Positions 37,066 through 50,745 of a stretch of 64,000 bases of DNA are shown one piece after another (position 1 is the first letter of the stretch; the number at the start of each line of letters is the position of its first letter). Both the position numbers and the translations under genes were made by a program. Below the pieces are notes generated by a model. That model saw nothing but the letters and a program-made list of their open reading frames with translations. It ran no database searches and had not been told where the DNA came from. This DNA comes from Eledone cirrhosa (taxonomy: Eukaryota), in the NCBI GenBank assembly GCA_964016885.1, contig OZ024743.1, positions 320,664,001-320,728,000 on the forward strand, in the 5' to 3' direction.

Positions 37066-40000
37066 AGACGTGTATAACTTCGCGGAGAAGTTTCCGTTAA
37101 TTTATGTAAGAAAAAACGTGAGTTTTTACTTAAATTTTATATCATTGTGTAACTTGACCCCCCGTCTGAACCTTCAGGTGTTGGGTCAACTCATTTTCGC
37201 CCCCTATAGGGGCGGAATATCCATTAAAAAAATTTTTCTCCATCGAATCTTGGAAAAAAATATTGTAAAATTTTGATTACGTTATGAACGCTGCGTCCAA
37301 CGATAATGGTGGTGGAGAGGCGTTAAGACTACAAAGCTCGCAGTCAACAACGTCTTCTTCACTAGATACTATAGAGATGGAAAGACAAAATGAAAATAAA
37401 AAAACGAATTCGTATCCAAACAACACAAATGACACCAAACAGTTCAATGACAACAAAAATAACAGCAAAACCAATAATGATGATAAAAGCAACAATGATA
37501 ACAACAACAAAGAAAAAAATAAAGACAACGCCAATAACACCAGCATCAAAGACAACAAAAACACCAAGGAAAATACGGATGATACCAACATCGGTGACAA
37601 CAAGAATAACAACAAGAATAACAACAATAATGACAACACCACCAATACGGATTCCACAAAGAAACCAAAACTCTCCTTACGGATAAAGTTCAAAAGAAAG
37701 AAGAATTGATATATCTCGACATAACAAATGCTGAACAACTTTTAAAGGACGCTAAGAGATATGTCACTTTCGATAAAAATGGTGCTTTCAGCATCAATTC
37801 TCCGGTAGAAATTCGCAAGGAAACTGCTCTCAAAACGATAGTTTTTAGGACAGTTTCCAATTCTACCCGAAAACCAGTCCAATTGTCACAGAAAGAAATT
37901 GAAATGGTTTTCAAAAATTCAATGAATGATATTGCATTCATTCAAAGAAGCAAACTTTTGGGAGTATTTCGGTACTCATGAAGGATCAATTGACGGCCCA
38001 AAATTACTCTGTGTCGCCAATTGTATCCAACCTGTACACCTTTTTCCCTACATACATGGGAAAAAGGACACAAAAGATCAGAATCACAAGTGTCACACCG
38101 AAGGTGAACATATGGTGGATACTGTGCGGCTTCATCAATTTTGATGAAGACAGAATACTGTCAGTAGGAAAGTCCCCCAGAGATGTATTCAATGGGACTA
38201 GCATTGAAGTTCTGGTGCAAATGAGCCCAGAGCGAATAACTATGATCACACAGCGTGTACTCCTGGACGGACTCACCTACATAAACCTTTCGGTTAAGGG
38301 TAGGCGACCTTCATGTTACCATTGCTTTAGCAGGGGTCACCTGAGGGCTTCCTGTTCTAAACTAATGAACCAAAAAAAGGCTCTTCTGCCGACACCCATC
38401 AAAACAACACAACCACCAACACCACCACAACAACAACAACACCAACACACAAAAATAACCACAACAAACACAGTCCCACCCAACCCCACTCCACCTAAAA
38501 CCACTGCAAAATCACATACAGACACAACAGCTCCCCAAGACATAACCCTCCCCAATCACACAGACGATACAACAGATGAGGCTATCTCGCCATCACCCAG
38601 TGAAGACGAGGGAGAACCCCATCGCTCGAAAAGAAAGAAAAGACATCACAAAAGCATAAAACCAGCAAACACTACCACAAACATACAACCACCAACACAA
38701 ACAACAAAAATATCACAAACAAAACCCCCACCTCCTGAAAACAAAATACCTACAACAAAACGAAAACACACACAAGAACTACAGACAAAAACAAACACAA
38801 CACAAGAAAATTACACTTACACTTACATAAACACTGAAAACAAAACACTAATCGAGACCATCACGAACGACCCTTCGGTTTTCACCGAAGGGAAAACTTT
38901 CGCCCACTCTATAAAAAATAGCAAAAAAACTGAACCTAAAACTGATTAGGGTCCCTATACAAACTTATAGGTCCCTAAAAGAAACATTTGAGAAGGATGT
39001 GGGTAATTCCTGCGTGAAACCACTCAACCGCGTCCTTCTCAAATGCCTCCCCACCCCAGACACCCCCATCCCACCAGACCCCACCCCACCTAACATCTGC
39101 GTCCCCACCCCGCCGGAAACCACCACCCATCCAGACAACCCCTCCAACACCCCCATGGAAATCGCGTGGCCTGGTCCCCAGGAGGCGAAGGGTGAGTGAT
39201 CTCTTTTCCTCTTTTAACTTTTCAGCACCAACATGGCCAATATAAGAGTTGGATGTGTGAACGTACGCGACCTGGGGATGCCCTGGAAACAGGGCAAACT
39301 CTTAAACGACCTCAGGTCGCACAGTATGGATGTGGTAGCCATTTGCGAGTCCAGGATCCACAGCGAGTGACAGCTGGCCCCCATCTTCGATGACTTTGAG
39401 ATCTCCGCATCTCTCTGTCAACCGGGGGGTGGGGGCGGAGTTGCCGCTTTGCTGCGGAAACACCTGGGCCTCGTAACACAGACGGTACATCTGGACCCAG
39501 AGGGTCGACTGGTGGTCCTAGACGTTGACGGTAGTGAAGGTGGAGCCTTCAGGCTGGTGGCCGCATATGCCCCATCCGGGACACCGCGGCCAGACTTCTT
39601 CAAACGTCTAGAGACTTTTCTGGGAACGTCCCGCTCCTTGCTTTTAGTGGGGGACTGGAATGGAATCCTAGATGCACGTTGGGACTATGTGGGAGCATGT
39701 CCCGATAAAGGGGGGTGTAACAGCCTCAAACAGTTAATCGACCGATTTGACCTGGCCGATAGATATCGACTAGATTTTCCGACTGCGCCACTGTGGACGT
39801 GGAGTAATCGTAGCGGAACATCTAGATCGTACCTAGATAGGGTTCTAGTTAGAAATAAGGATAGGGACATGTTAAGCTGTCCACAAATGTTCATGGTTGC
39901 CTATTCAGATCACAAACTAGTGACCTGTATGGCCAACCTTGATAGAACCCATAGACAAGGACCCGGCTACTGGAAGCTGAACTTGTCATTACCGACAAGC

Positions 40001-42910
40001 AAAGCCTACAGTAGACGGATTAGCACTTTAGTTAAACAGCACTTGACAGGGGCCATTGTCAACAACAGATGGTGGTACTCTCTCAAGAGGGCAGTTAGAT
40101 TAGACTCGATAGTTTTTAGTAAAGAATTAGCGTTAGATAGAAATAGAACCGAGAAGGAACTGGTAGATAAAGTAGAAGAGGCAATTAGAAGTGGCAACGT
40201 AGCCAGCGTGCTAGCAACAAGAACGGCCTTGGACCAGTTCTTCGACGCAAAGCACGAGGGCTGCGTTGTCAGAAGCAAAATACGTGCTCTGGGAAACGAG
40301 GGAGCCAAAGCTGTTAGCTGGGCCCGAGTGATGGAGGCAAAAAGTGGCAACAAGTCCACAATCCGGTCTTTGAAGGACCAAAACGGACGCGTGATACGTG
40401 AGCCGAAGCAGATGTGTGCGGCTTTTCAGCGGCATTTTGCTCGGATGTTCGCGCGGAGCGGCGCGCCGGGAGAGGCTATGGATTTCGGTCCATACCTCGA
40501 CGGCCTACCGCGACTCTCGGACAGTGGGGCGAAGTTCTGCGAAAAGCCGATTTCAGCCACTGAGATAGGGGACGCGCTGAGCCAATGCGGCAAACGCAAA
40601 TCTCCAGGTCTCGACGGTCTACCCTACGAATTTTACGTAGCAATGCCGCACTTATTCTCCGGTCTCCTGGAAGCGGTCTACTGCAACTGGCAACAGAACG
40701 GGAGAATTCCCAGTTCTGTAACCGGGGGCGTGGTCACACTAATCAGGAAGGACGAGAATAAGGGGGATGACACAGGCAACTTCCGGCCCATAACTCTGCT
40801 AAACACAGAGTTACAGATTTCGTGCAAGGTGCTGGCAAAGAGGCTGGCGCTTGTCGTCGAGAACCTGATGGGAGAAGCGCAGACATGCGCAATCCCGGCC
40901 AGGTCCATACACGACAACCTCCACCTCATGCGATACATCGTAGAGAGGGTAGGGTGTAAACCCGGCTTCGGTGGGGCCCTGATCAACTTGGATCAGTCTA
41001 AAGCTTTCGATAGGGTTGACCATCGTTACCTGGATGCGGTGCTCGAGGCGGCAGGCTTCAGACCCGTGTTCAGGGGCTGGATTGCTGCAATGCACAAAAG
41101 CAACATCTGCTCAAGGGTCAAGGTGAACGGCTACCTCTCGGAGCCGTTCCATATTACGCGATCCATTCGACAGGGATGCCCTCTCTCCTCCCTTCTGTAC
41201 GTACTGACTCTCGAGCCACTACTGCGGAAGTTGGAGGTATTGCATGGCATCCCTCTGGAACCGGGACTGCGGAAAGCGGCGTGGAACTACGCCGACGACG
41301 TGACAGTAATGGTGTCGAGCGCCTCGCAAATCGAGGAAGTCGGCACCTTACTGAAGGAATACGAAAGTCTAACAGGAGCGAAGCTGAACCGGGAGCAAGT
41401 CCATCGGTTTGCAACTCGGATCGTGGAGAGGCAGACCGATGCCTTCCGTTGGCGTCGTCGGACGCTGGACGGAAGGACCGTTAAAGCTGTTCGGGGTCTG
41501 GTTTGGTCCGGACCTCCAGGTGGAGAAGAACTGGAACGAAGTGACGGCCAAGTTGTTTGCACTCACCCAGAAGTGGGCCGAGTGCAAACTATCCTTGAAA
41601 GGTCGAGCGGAGGTGGCGAACACTTTTATAGCGTCCGCCATCTACTACCGCTTGACCGTCGCGCCTTGTCCAGCCAAAACGCTCGCCAAAATGGAGCGCG
41701 CGCTCTTCCGATTCCTTTGGAAGAGGCGGGCTCCTTTGGTGAGAACATCCATCTGCTGCCAACACCCTTCTAACGGAGGGCTGCGAATGCCGTGGTTGAC
41801 GATGCGCAAACACGCGCTCAGGCTGCGGCATCTCTACGTATTCCTCACCGGACAGCCGGTGTGGGCCCCGTTCGTGAGGCGAGCCTTCCCAAGACTCGTC
41901 TCGCTGACCGAGCTGCAGTCCTGGGTCAAGCAGAAATCGAGGAAAATGGGCGACTGGCACATCGAATGTGCTCAGGCGCTCACAGCCCTCTGGCAGGCGG
42001 ACCCGGCGATCAGTGGAGACTCCACTTCGTCATTCTATAGAGGGTTGGTCCGCAGCAAGTGCGACGACGTGCTCGGTGAAACTCTAGGCGTAGAGGAAGA
42101 TGAACTGGCCAGTCTGTTCGGTAGGACCTTCCGCCCGGGACCGATGGACAACTTCCAAAAGTCCCTGGCCTGGCAGTGCTACCGAGGAGCTCTACCATTT
42201 CGAGACAAGCTCTACAGACATGGGCGCCCGGGCAGGGACCCTGCAAAAAAGATCTGTCCGTGGTGCGTGCGAGACGAAGAAACCGTCGCGCACGCATTCA
42301 TACACTGCTTGGGCGTCACTGACCTGTGGGGCTATGTAGAACGACTATTGTCGCGGGTGGGACCAATCCAGTTGACCACCGAATCCATTGCCATGATCAA
42401 ACCGCCACCCTCCTTCAAAATCGAAGGAGAGGCGGTTTTCCTTTGTGTGATAGCTATGGCGAAAGAGGTTGTATGGTGGACAAGGTTGAAAGGGCTGAGG
42501 TCAGACACCTTTCTCTCCGGCCAACAACTGATTCTTTTTTTCAAATACCACTTTGGAAGAAGAATCAGGATGGAGAGAGAGGTGCTGTACCCCAGCAAGT
42601 TTTATGAAAGGTGGGTGAAAGTGGCAACAATGGCTCGAGTGAATAGGCCTTCTCTCTATATCAGCCTGTAGGTTGAGGAAAAGGAGGAGGAGAGGAAAGG
42701 AGTACAAACTCTTCGTACTCCTGGGGATGAGGGTTGCACATTTTCTTTCGGGGGTATGTGTTACCCATATAAACTGTCTCCCTCTATTGGGGAAAATCGA
42801 CTAACTTTTTAAATTCCATTTGTGATAACATTTTACACGTTTTTATTGTATTTAAACTTCCCTCTTTGTACTTGTCCCCTTCTTTTGTGCCCCTGTGGCT
42901 AATAAAGAAA
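37066..42910 (+). mobile_element. Tx1/L1-clade LINE, array unit B (near full length, a few frameshifts)
   Basis: ORF1 ~37284-39199 with CYHCFSRGHLRASC knuckle; ORF2 39233-42671 with GDWN, YLDR, SDH, DQSKAFDRVDH, QGCPLS, YADD, CPWC..H..C. Confidence 0.95.
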
Positions 42911-42940
42911 TCTATCTATCTATCTATCTATCTTTCTGTC

Positions 42941-45900
42941 TGACGTGTGGAACATCGCCGGTAAGCTTTTTTGTTAATTTCTATGCAAAAAACCGATCTA
43001 ATTGTTTGAAAAAACACAACACTTTGTAGATTAACCCCCAAGCTGAATTGTCAGCTGGGTGGTAATCCCATTGTTCGCCCATGTAGGGGCGAACATTTTA
43101 TTTTAAAATTTTGTTTTAAAATATCAGATTTTACAAAGTAAATAACTTGAGCAACACAAGAACGCTGGAGAACGTTAATAGAGAAAAGAGAGAGAAAGAG
43201 GCAGATATTAACGTTATATCTGCTTCTGCTACTATGGACGTCGCCATATATACAACTGTCACAAAAGAAAAAAATATATTAACACCTGAAAATTTTACAA
43301 TTTCTACCGCCGAAGCGGAGTAAAATAACAATAACACACAGGAAAACACAGCAAAAAAACCCATTGACATGCACATGAAAAAGACATCAACAACTCTACA
43401 GATACATCTACACAAAGTTTCACCTCGACAAAGAACTGAGATTTCCAACAACGATAACAACATCATCAACAGCAACACCACACAAAAAAAAAAAGAAAAT
43501 GTCTTTCGCTGAAACAGTGATCAAAAAACAAGATTTTATAAATCTTGATATCTCCAACGCAAGAGATATGCTCCAGCAAGGGAGAAAATTTGTAACTTTC
43601 GAAGAAAGAGGTGGGTTTAGAATTAACTCACCCCTTGAAATAAAGGAAGACACAAACCGCAGATCAGTCACTTTTCGGTCTGTGTCAAATTCGACAAGAA
43701 ATCCGACATTTGTTAATCAAGCAGATATAGAAGATTCTTTTAAGGAAATTCTAGCAAATGTCGATTTTCTCCAGCGAGGAAAACAGTACGGAAGTGTTTC
43801 CGTACTGTTTAAAAGCGAGGCCCTCGCCCAAAAAACTCTGTGACACCAATAGTGTCAAAAGCATACACCTTTTTCCCTACATACATGGGGAAAAGGACAC
43901 AAAAAATAAAAATAAAAAACATACCTCCAAACATTAACATCTGGTGGATCTTGGCTGGCTTCGTAGAGCCAGAAACAGACATAATACTTACAATACGAAA
44001 ATCAATTCGACAAAGGTGGGCGGGCACAGATTTGGAGATTCTGTTGAAAATGAAACTGGAGAGAATCTCCAAAATACCCGAAAAAGTCGTTATTGATAAT
44101 AACAACAAAATAAACATTTAGGTAGAAGGACGAAAATTTCATTGCTTTCGCTGTGGTAGCACAGCTCACCTAAAAGCCTCTTGTCGACAAACACACAACA
44201 ACAACATCATAAAAAAAGGCTATTACCAACACCAACACCAAAACAACCACCACCACCACAAGTACAACGACAGACGGAACGAGCAACCACACCAAAACAA
44301 ACAGACACTCAACCAACAACAACAGAAAAAACAGAGACAACACCCCTGAAGAACACTTCCCCACTCCATCCTACTCCATCAAACACTACCACAAACACAC
44401 ATACCGAAACACCACCACCACCACACAACATACCCTTACCCCACACACCTGACGATGATTATTCATCGACGGATAAAGCTGCTTCTCCTTCTTTAAGTGA
44501 AGAAGAGGGAGAACCACGGAAATCTAAAAAAACAAAAAAGAGACACCACGAAACCCCCAAAACTCCAATCACCGACACCAACACACAACCACAGACACAA
44601 ACAACAACACAAACAACACCACAGTCAAACATCCCCCTATCAGCAAAACCAGCACCGACACCACCCCAAACACAAGCATCCACCATAAAAAGAAAACTCC
44701 CGGATGAACAACAAACTAAAACAATACAACAAAAACACAAACAACAAAAACTCAAACAACAATACACATACATCAACACAAACAAATAGAGTTTGATGGA
44801 GGTCATCTCCCAAAACCCCAAGGTGGAGACGGAGGGCAAAACTTTCGTCAAGGCAGAATCGTCTCCACACCTTAAACTTATAAGGGTTTCTATGGAAACC
44901 TATAAAGACCTAAAAATAAAATTTTCACAGGACGTGGGAAACCCCTGCCACAACCCCATCAACCGCGTCCTGTTGAAATTTTTCCCCACCCCACCCAACA
45001 CCCCATCCAGCACCCAAATGGAGATTGAACAACCCGATCTCCAGGTAAGTGCACCTTTCGTCCTTTTTCTCCAACTTTTCATCACCAACATGGCTGGTTT
45101 ACGAGTTGGAACCGTGAATGTGCGTCGCCTAGGGATGCCCTGGAAAGAGGGCCAACTCTTAAACGACCTTAGGTCACACAGTATGGATGTAATAGCCATC
45201 ACCGAGTCCAGGATCCACAACAGGCAGCAACTAACCCCCATCTTCGACGACTTTGAGATCTACGCATCTCTCTGTCAGCCAGGAGGTGGAGGTGAAGTGG
45301 CTGTTATGTTTCGGAAGAACCTGGACGTCGGAGTACAGCAAGTACACTTGCACCCGGAGGGTAGACTGGTAGTCCTAGACGTGAACAGTATCGGAGGTGG
45401 AGCCTTCAGACTGGTGGCCGTTTATGCCCCGACCGGGCAATCGCAATCACGGCCAGACTTCTTTAAGCGTCTAGAGTCTTTTCTGGGAACGTCTCGCTCC
45501 TTACTTTTAGTGGGGGGGGGACTGGAATGGTATCCTAGATGCACGATGGGACTATGTGGGAGCATGTAGAGCGGGGTGCAACAGCCTCAAAACTTTAATC
45601 GGCCAATTCCAACTGGCCGATAGGTATCGACTGGATTTCCCGACTGCACCACAGTGGACGTGGGTAAACCGCAGTGGGACATCTAGATCGTATTTAGATA
45701 GGTTCTTCATTAGAGAAAGGGACAAGGAGATGTTAAGCTGTCCACGAATGCACATGGTTGCCTACTCAGATCGCAAGTTAGTCGTCTGCTTAGTCAACCG
45801 TGATAGAATGCATAGACAGGGTGCCGGATACTGGAAGCTGAGCGTGTCGTTGCCGGCACGTAAAGCTTACAGTGAACGGATAAGTAGACTAGTCAAGCAA

Positions 45901-48546
45901 CAGTTAACGGGAGCCATCGTCAACAATAGATGGTGGTACACTCTCAAGAAAGCAATTAGAATAGAATCGATAGGGTAGAGCAGAGAGTTAGCCTTAGAGA
46001 AAAACAAAATAGAAAGAGAACTATTAGCCAAGGTAGAGGAGGCACTTAGAAGTGGCAACGCGGCTAGAGTGTTAGCGTCGAGAACGGCACTGGACCAGTT
46101 CTTCGATGCAAAACACGAAGGCTGCGTGGTCAGAAGCAACTAACGTGCTCTAGGAAACGAAGGAGCGAAAGCTGTCAGCTGGGCCCGAGTGGCGAAGGCA
46201 GAAAGTGGCAACAAGTCCACGATTCGGTCTTTGAAAGACCAGAACGGACGCGTGCTACTTGACCCCAAGCAAATGTGCGCCGCCTTTCAGCAGCACTTTG
46301 CGCGACTGTTTGAGCAGAACGACGGTGAACCAAACGGGGCAAAGGACTTTAGTTCATACCTCAACGGCCTGCCGCGTCTCTCGAACACGGACGCCGAGTT
46401 CTGCGAAAGTCCGGTCACGGAAACTGAGATACGGGACGCTCTGGGCTGCTGCGGGAAACGCAAGTCACCCGGTCTAGATGATCTCCCCAATCGGTTTTAC
46501 ATAGGCGTGCCGGACTTGTTCTCTGGCGTCCTCGAAGCCGTCTACTGCAATTGGCAGTAGAACGGGAGCATTCCCAGTTCTGCAGGCAAGGGCGTAGTAA
46601 CGCTGATCAGGAAAGACGAGAACAAGGTGGTCGAAATTAACAACTTCAGGCCCATAACTCTGCTCAACACAGAATTAAAGATTTTGGCCAAGGTGCTAGC
46701 GACGAGACTGGCGCTTGTCGTCGAGAACCTGGTAGGGAAAGCGCAAACGTTTGCAATCCCGACCAAGTCCATACACGACAACCTCCACCTCACGCGATAC
46801 ATCATAGAGAGGGTGGGTAGTAAACCCGGCTTCGGTGGGGCTCTGATCAACTTGGATCAGTCTAAGGCATTCGATAGGGTCGACCATCGATACTTGGAAC
46901 GGTTCTCAAGGCGGCCGGTTTCGGTCCCGTTTTCAGAGGTTGGATCGAGGCGATGCACACCAGCATCTGCTCGGGGGTCAAGGTGAACGGCTACCTATCG
47001 GAGCCGTTTGCACTCACGGGTTCCATTCGACAGGGGTGCCCTCTCTCCTCCATTCTGTATGTATTGACTCTAGAGCTACTACTGCAGAAATTGGAGCTGT
47101 TGCAGGGAATCCCTCTAGAACCGGAACTGCGCAAAGCGACGTTACAATAATGGTCTCGAGCATCTCGGAAATCGGGGTGATCGGCAACTTACTGAAAGAA
47201 TATGAAACGCTGACGGGAGCAAAACTAAACCCAAACAAGTCTGTCGGTTTGCAACTCGGTACGTGGAGAGGCAAACCGATGACCTCCGACAGCGTCGTTG
47301 GACGCTGGACGGACGGAGCGGTGAAATTGCTCGGGGTCTGGTTCGGTCCAGACCTCCAGGTGGAGAAAAACTGGAACGATGTCACGGCCAAGGTGTTTGC
47401 CCTCACCCAGAAGTGGGCAGAGTGCAAACGAAACGTCGAGCGGAGGTGGCGAACATTTTCATAGCGTCCGTCATCTACTACCGCTTGACTGTCGTGCCTT
47501 GTCCCCGTGAACACGTCGACAAGATGGAACGCATACTCTTCCAGTTTCTGCGGAAGAAGCAGGCTCCGCTGGTGAGGAGATCCGTCTGCTGCCAGCACCC
47601 TTCCAACGGAGGGCTGGGCATCACTGACCCCCCAACCGATGTGGGCACCGTTTATGAGACAGGCTTTCCCACAGCTCGTTTCACTGACGGAGCTGCAGTC
47701 ATGGGTCAAGAAAAGACCGAAAACGATGGGCGCCTGGCACATTGAATGCGCTGAGGCGCTCACAGTCCTCTGGCAAGCGGGTGCTGCTATCAGTGGAGAC
47801 TCCACTTCGACATTCTATAGAGGGATTGTACGTTACAAAGGCGACGACGTGCTAGGAGAGACTCTGGGCGTCGAAGACAATGAGCTCACCAGTCTGTTTG
47901 GTAGGACTTTCCGCCCGGGACCTATGGACAACTTCCAGAGGTCCCTGGCCTGGCAGTTCTACCGCGGAGCTCTACCAGTTCGTGACAAGATCTACAGGCA
48001 AGGACGCCTCGGCAAGGATCCTTCCAAGAGGACGTGTCCAAGATGCGAGCAGGACATTGAAACAGTCCTGCACGCACATTGTTGACTGCACGAGCGTAAC
48101 CGACCTGTGGAACTATGCAGAACAACTGCTGTCGCGTATGGGACAAAACCATTATACTGCCGAGTCTATAGTAAGGATCAAACCGCCAGCATCTTTCGAA
48201 AACGAAAGAGAGGCTGTTTTCCTCTGTACAGTGCCTATGGTGAAAGAAGTTATATGGTGAATGAAGCGAAAATGGCCCGAGTAATTGTGCCTTCTCTGTT
48301 TATAAGCCTATATGTTAAAGAAGAGAGCAAAAGGAAGAAAGGAGGACTTGCACAACTCGTTCCTGGAGTTGAGGGTTGTTCTGTCGACGGGGTATTAAAC
48401 AACCCATTTGTGGCGCTTCCCCTCTATTGGGGATTTCGATTGTTGTAATTGTTTGTTTTATATTTTTTACACGACTGTATGTAAAATCCCCGGCATAACT
48501 TTGTATTTTCCCCTTTTGTTGTGAGCCTTTGTGGCAAATAAAGAAA
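42941..48546 (+). mobile_element. Tx1/L1-clade LINE, array unit C (full length, defective; same subfamily as A)
   Basis: 5' UTR, broken ORF1, ORF2 from ATG 45090 with stops and YADD deletion; (TATC)n at both ends. Confidence 0.93.
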
Positions 48547-48568
48547 TTATCTATCTATCTATCTATCT

Positions 48569-50696
48569 AACAGGGGGGACGATATAAATAATTTCAGGCC
48601 CATAACTCTGCTAAATACAGAGTTACAGATTTTGGCCAAGCTGCTAGCAAAGAGGTTGGTGCTTGTCGGGGGCAACCGAGTGGGAGATGCGCAGACATGT
48701 GCTATCCCGTCCAGATCCATCCGCGACAACCTCCACCTCATGCGATGCATCATATAGAGGGTTGTGAGCGAGCCCAGCTTTGGTGCGGCCCTGATCGACT
48801 TGGATCAATCTAAGGCGTTCGATAGGTTCGACCATGGTTACCTGGATGCGGTGCTAGCGGCGTCAGGCTTCGGACCCGTTTTCAGGGTCTGGATCATTGC
48901 CATGCACAGCAGCCGCATCTGCTCTAGGGTCAAGGTGAACGGCTACCTCTCGGAGCCATTCGAAATCGCGCGATCCATCCGACAAAGGTGCCCACTCTCC
49001 TCCCTTCTGTATGTAATGACTCTAGAGCCACTGCTGCGGAAGTTGGAGTTGTTGCAGGGCATCCCGTTGGAACCGGGATTGCGGAAAGCAGTGTCGGCCT
49101 ACGCCGATGACGTAACAGTAATGGTGTCGACCGCCTCGTAAATCGGGGCGATCGGCACCTTACTGGAGGAGTACGAAAGTTTTACAGGGGCTAAGCTGAA
49201 CCGGGACAAGTCGATCGGTCTGCAACTCGGCACGTGGAGGGGCAAATCTATGCCCTCCGATGGCGTCGTCGGGCGCTGGACGGAGGGCCCGGTGAAGCTG
49301 CTCGGGGTCTGGACCCAGAAGTGGACCGAGTGCAAAATTGTCCCTGAAAGATCGGGCGGAGGTGGCGAACACTTATATAGCGTCCGTCATCTACTACCGC
49401 CTGACCGTCGTGCCCTGCCCAAGGAAACGCTCGCCAAAATGGAGCGCGCACTCTTCCAATTCCTTTGGAAGAAGCAGGCTCCTATGGTTAGGAGATCCAT
49501 CTGCTGTCAACACCCTTCGAAAGGAGGGTTGGGGCATGCCGTGGCTGGTGATGCGTAAACACGCATTAAGGCTACGGGACCTCCAGATATTCCTCATCGG
49601 TCAACCGGTGTGGGCTCCGTTTGTGAGGCGAGCCTTTCCCAGACTCGTCACGCTCACCGACCTGCAATCCTGGGTCAAGCAAAGACCGCTAAAACTGGGC
49701 GCCTGGCACACCGTGTGTGCCCAGGCGTTCACGGCTCTCTGGCAGGCGGACCCGGCTGTCAGTGGAGAATCCACCTCGTCATTCTATAGAGGGCTGGTGG
49801 TTAGCAGGTGTGACGACGCCCTCCGAGGAGCCCTAGGCATGGAGGAAAACGAACTGACCAAACTGTTCGGTAGGACATTCAGCCAGGGACCTATGGATAA
49901 CTTCCAGAGGTCTTTTGCCTGGCAGTGCTACCGAGGGACTCTGCCCGTTCGAGAAAGGCTCTACAGACACGAGCGCCCGGGTAGGGAACCCTCGAAAAAG
50001 ATCTGTCCCAGATGCGTGTGCGATGAGGAAACCATTGCACACACATTGGTACACTGCTCGGGCATTGCCGATCTGTGGGGCTATGTCGAACGACCGCTGT
50101 CACGGGTGGGACCGATCCGGTTGACCACCGAGTCTATTGTAACGATCAAGCCGCCTCTCTTCAAAAACGAATGAGAGGCGGTGTTTCTGTGCGTAATAGC
50201 CATGGTGAAACAGGTTGTATGGTGGACGCGTCTGAAAGGACTTAGGTCAGACACCTTTCTCTCTGGCCAACAACTGGTTCGTTTCTTCCGATATCATTTC
50301 GGAAGAAGGATCAGGAGGGAGAGAGAGGTGCTGCACCCCAGTCGTTTTTATGAAAGATGGGTGAAAGTGGCGAGAATGGCCCGTGTGAATGGGCCTTCAC
50401 TCTACATCAGACTGTAGGTGAGAAAGATGAAAGATCAAGGGAGCACCCTCTCTCTGTGCTCCTGAGGAGAAGGGTTGCACACTGTTTTTTTGGGGGGGGG
50501 GGGGGTGCGACCCCCCAAGGCGCCTCCTCCCTATTGAGGATTTTGTTATTCAATTTATTTTTGTCATATTTTATATCTTATATTTTTATATTTTGTTATT
50601 GCCTCCTCCTTATTAGAGACGCCTTTTTATGTAACCCCCCCCCCCACCATTGTACTTGTCCCACTCTTTGATGCCCTGGTGGCAAATAAAAAGAAA
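48569..50696 (+). mobile_element. Tx1/L1-clade LINE, array unit D (5'-truncated within RT; same subfamily as E)
   Basis: Begins at ...GDDINNFRPITLLN directly after (TATC)n; SAYADD; ORF2 stop at 50417. Confidence 0.93.
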
Positions 50697-50745
50697 GTTA
50701 TCTATCTATATACCTATCTATCTATCTATCTATCTATCTATATAC

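Noticed and set aside
44793-45569. Natural ORF1-ORF2 fusion in unit C
   Set aside because: Caused by an 11-nt deletion relative to unit A, where TAA is in frame.
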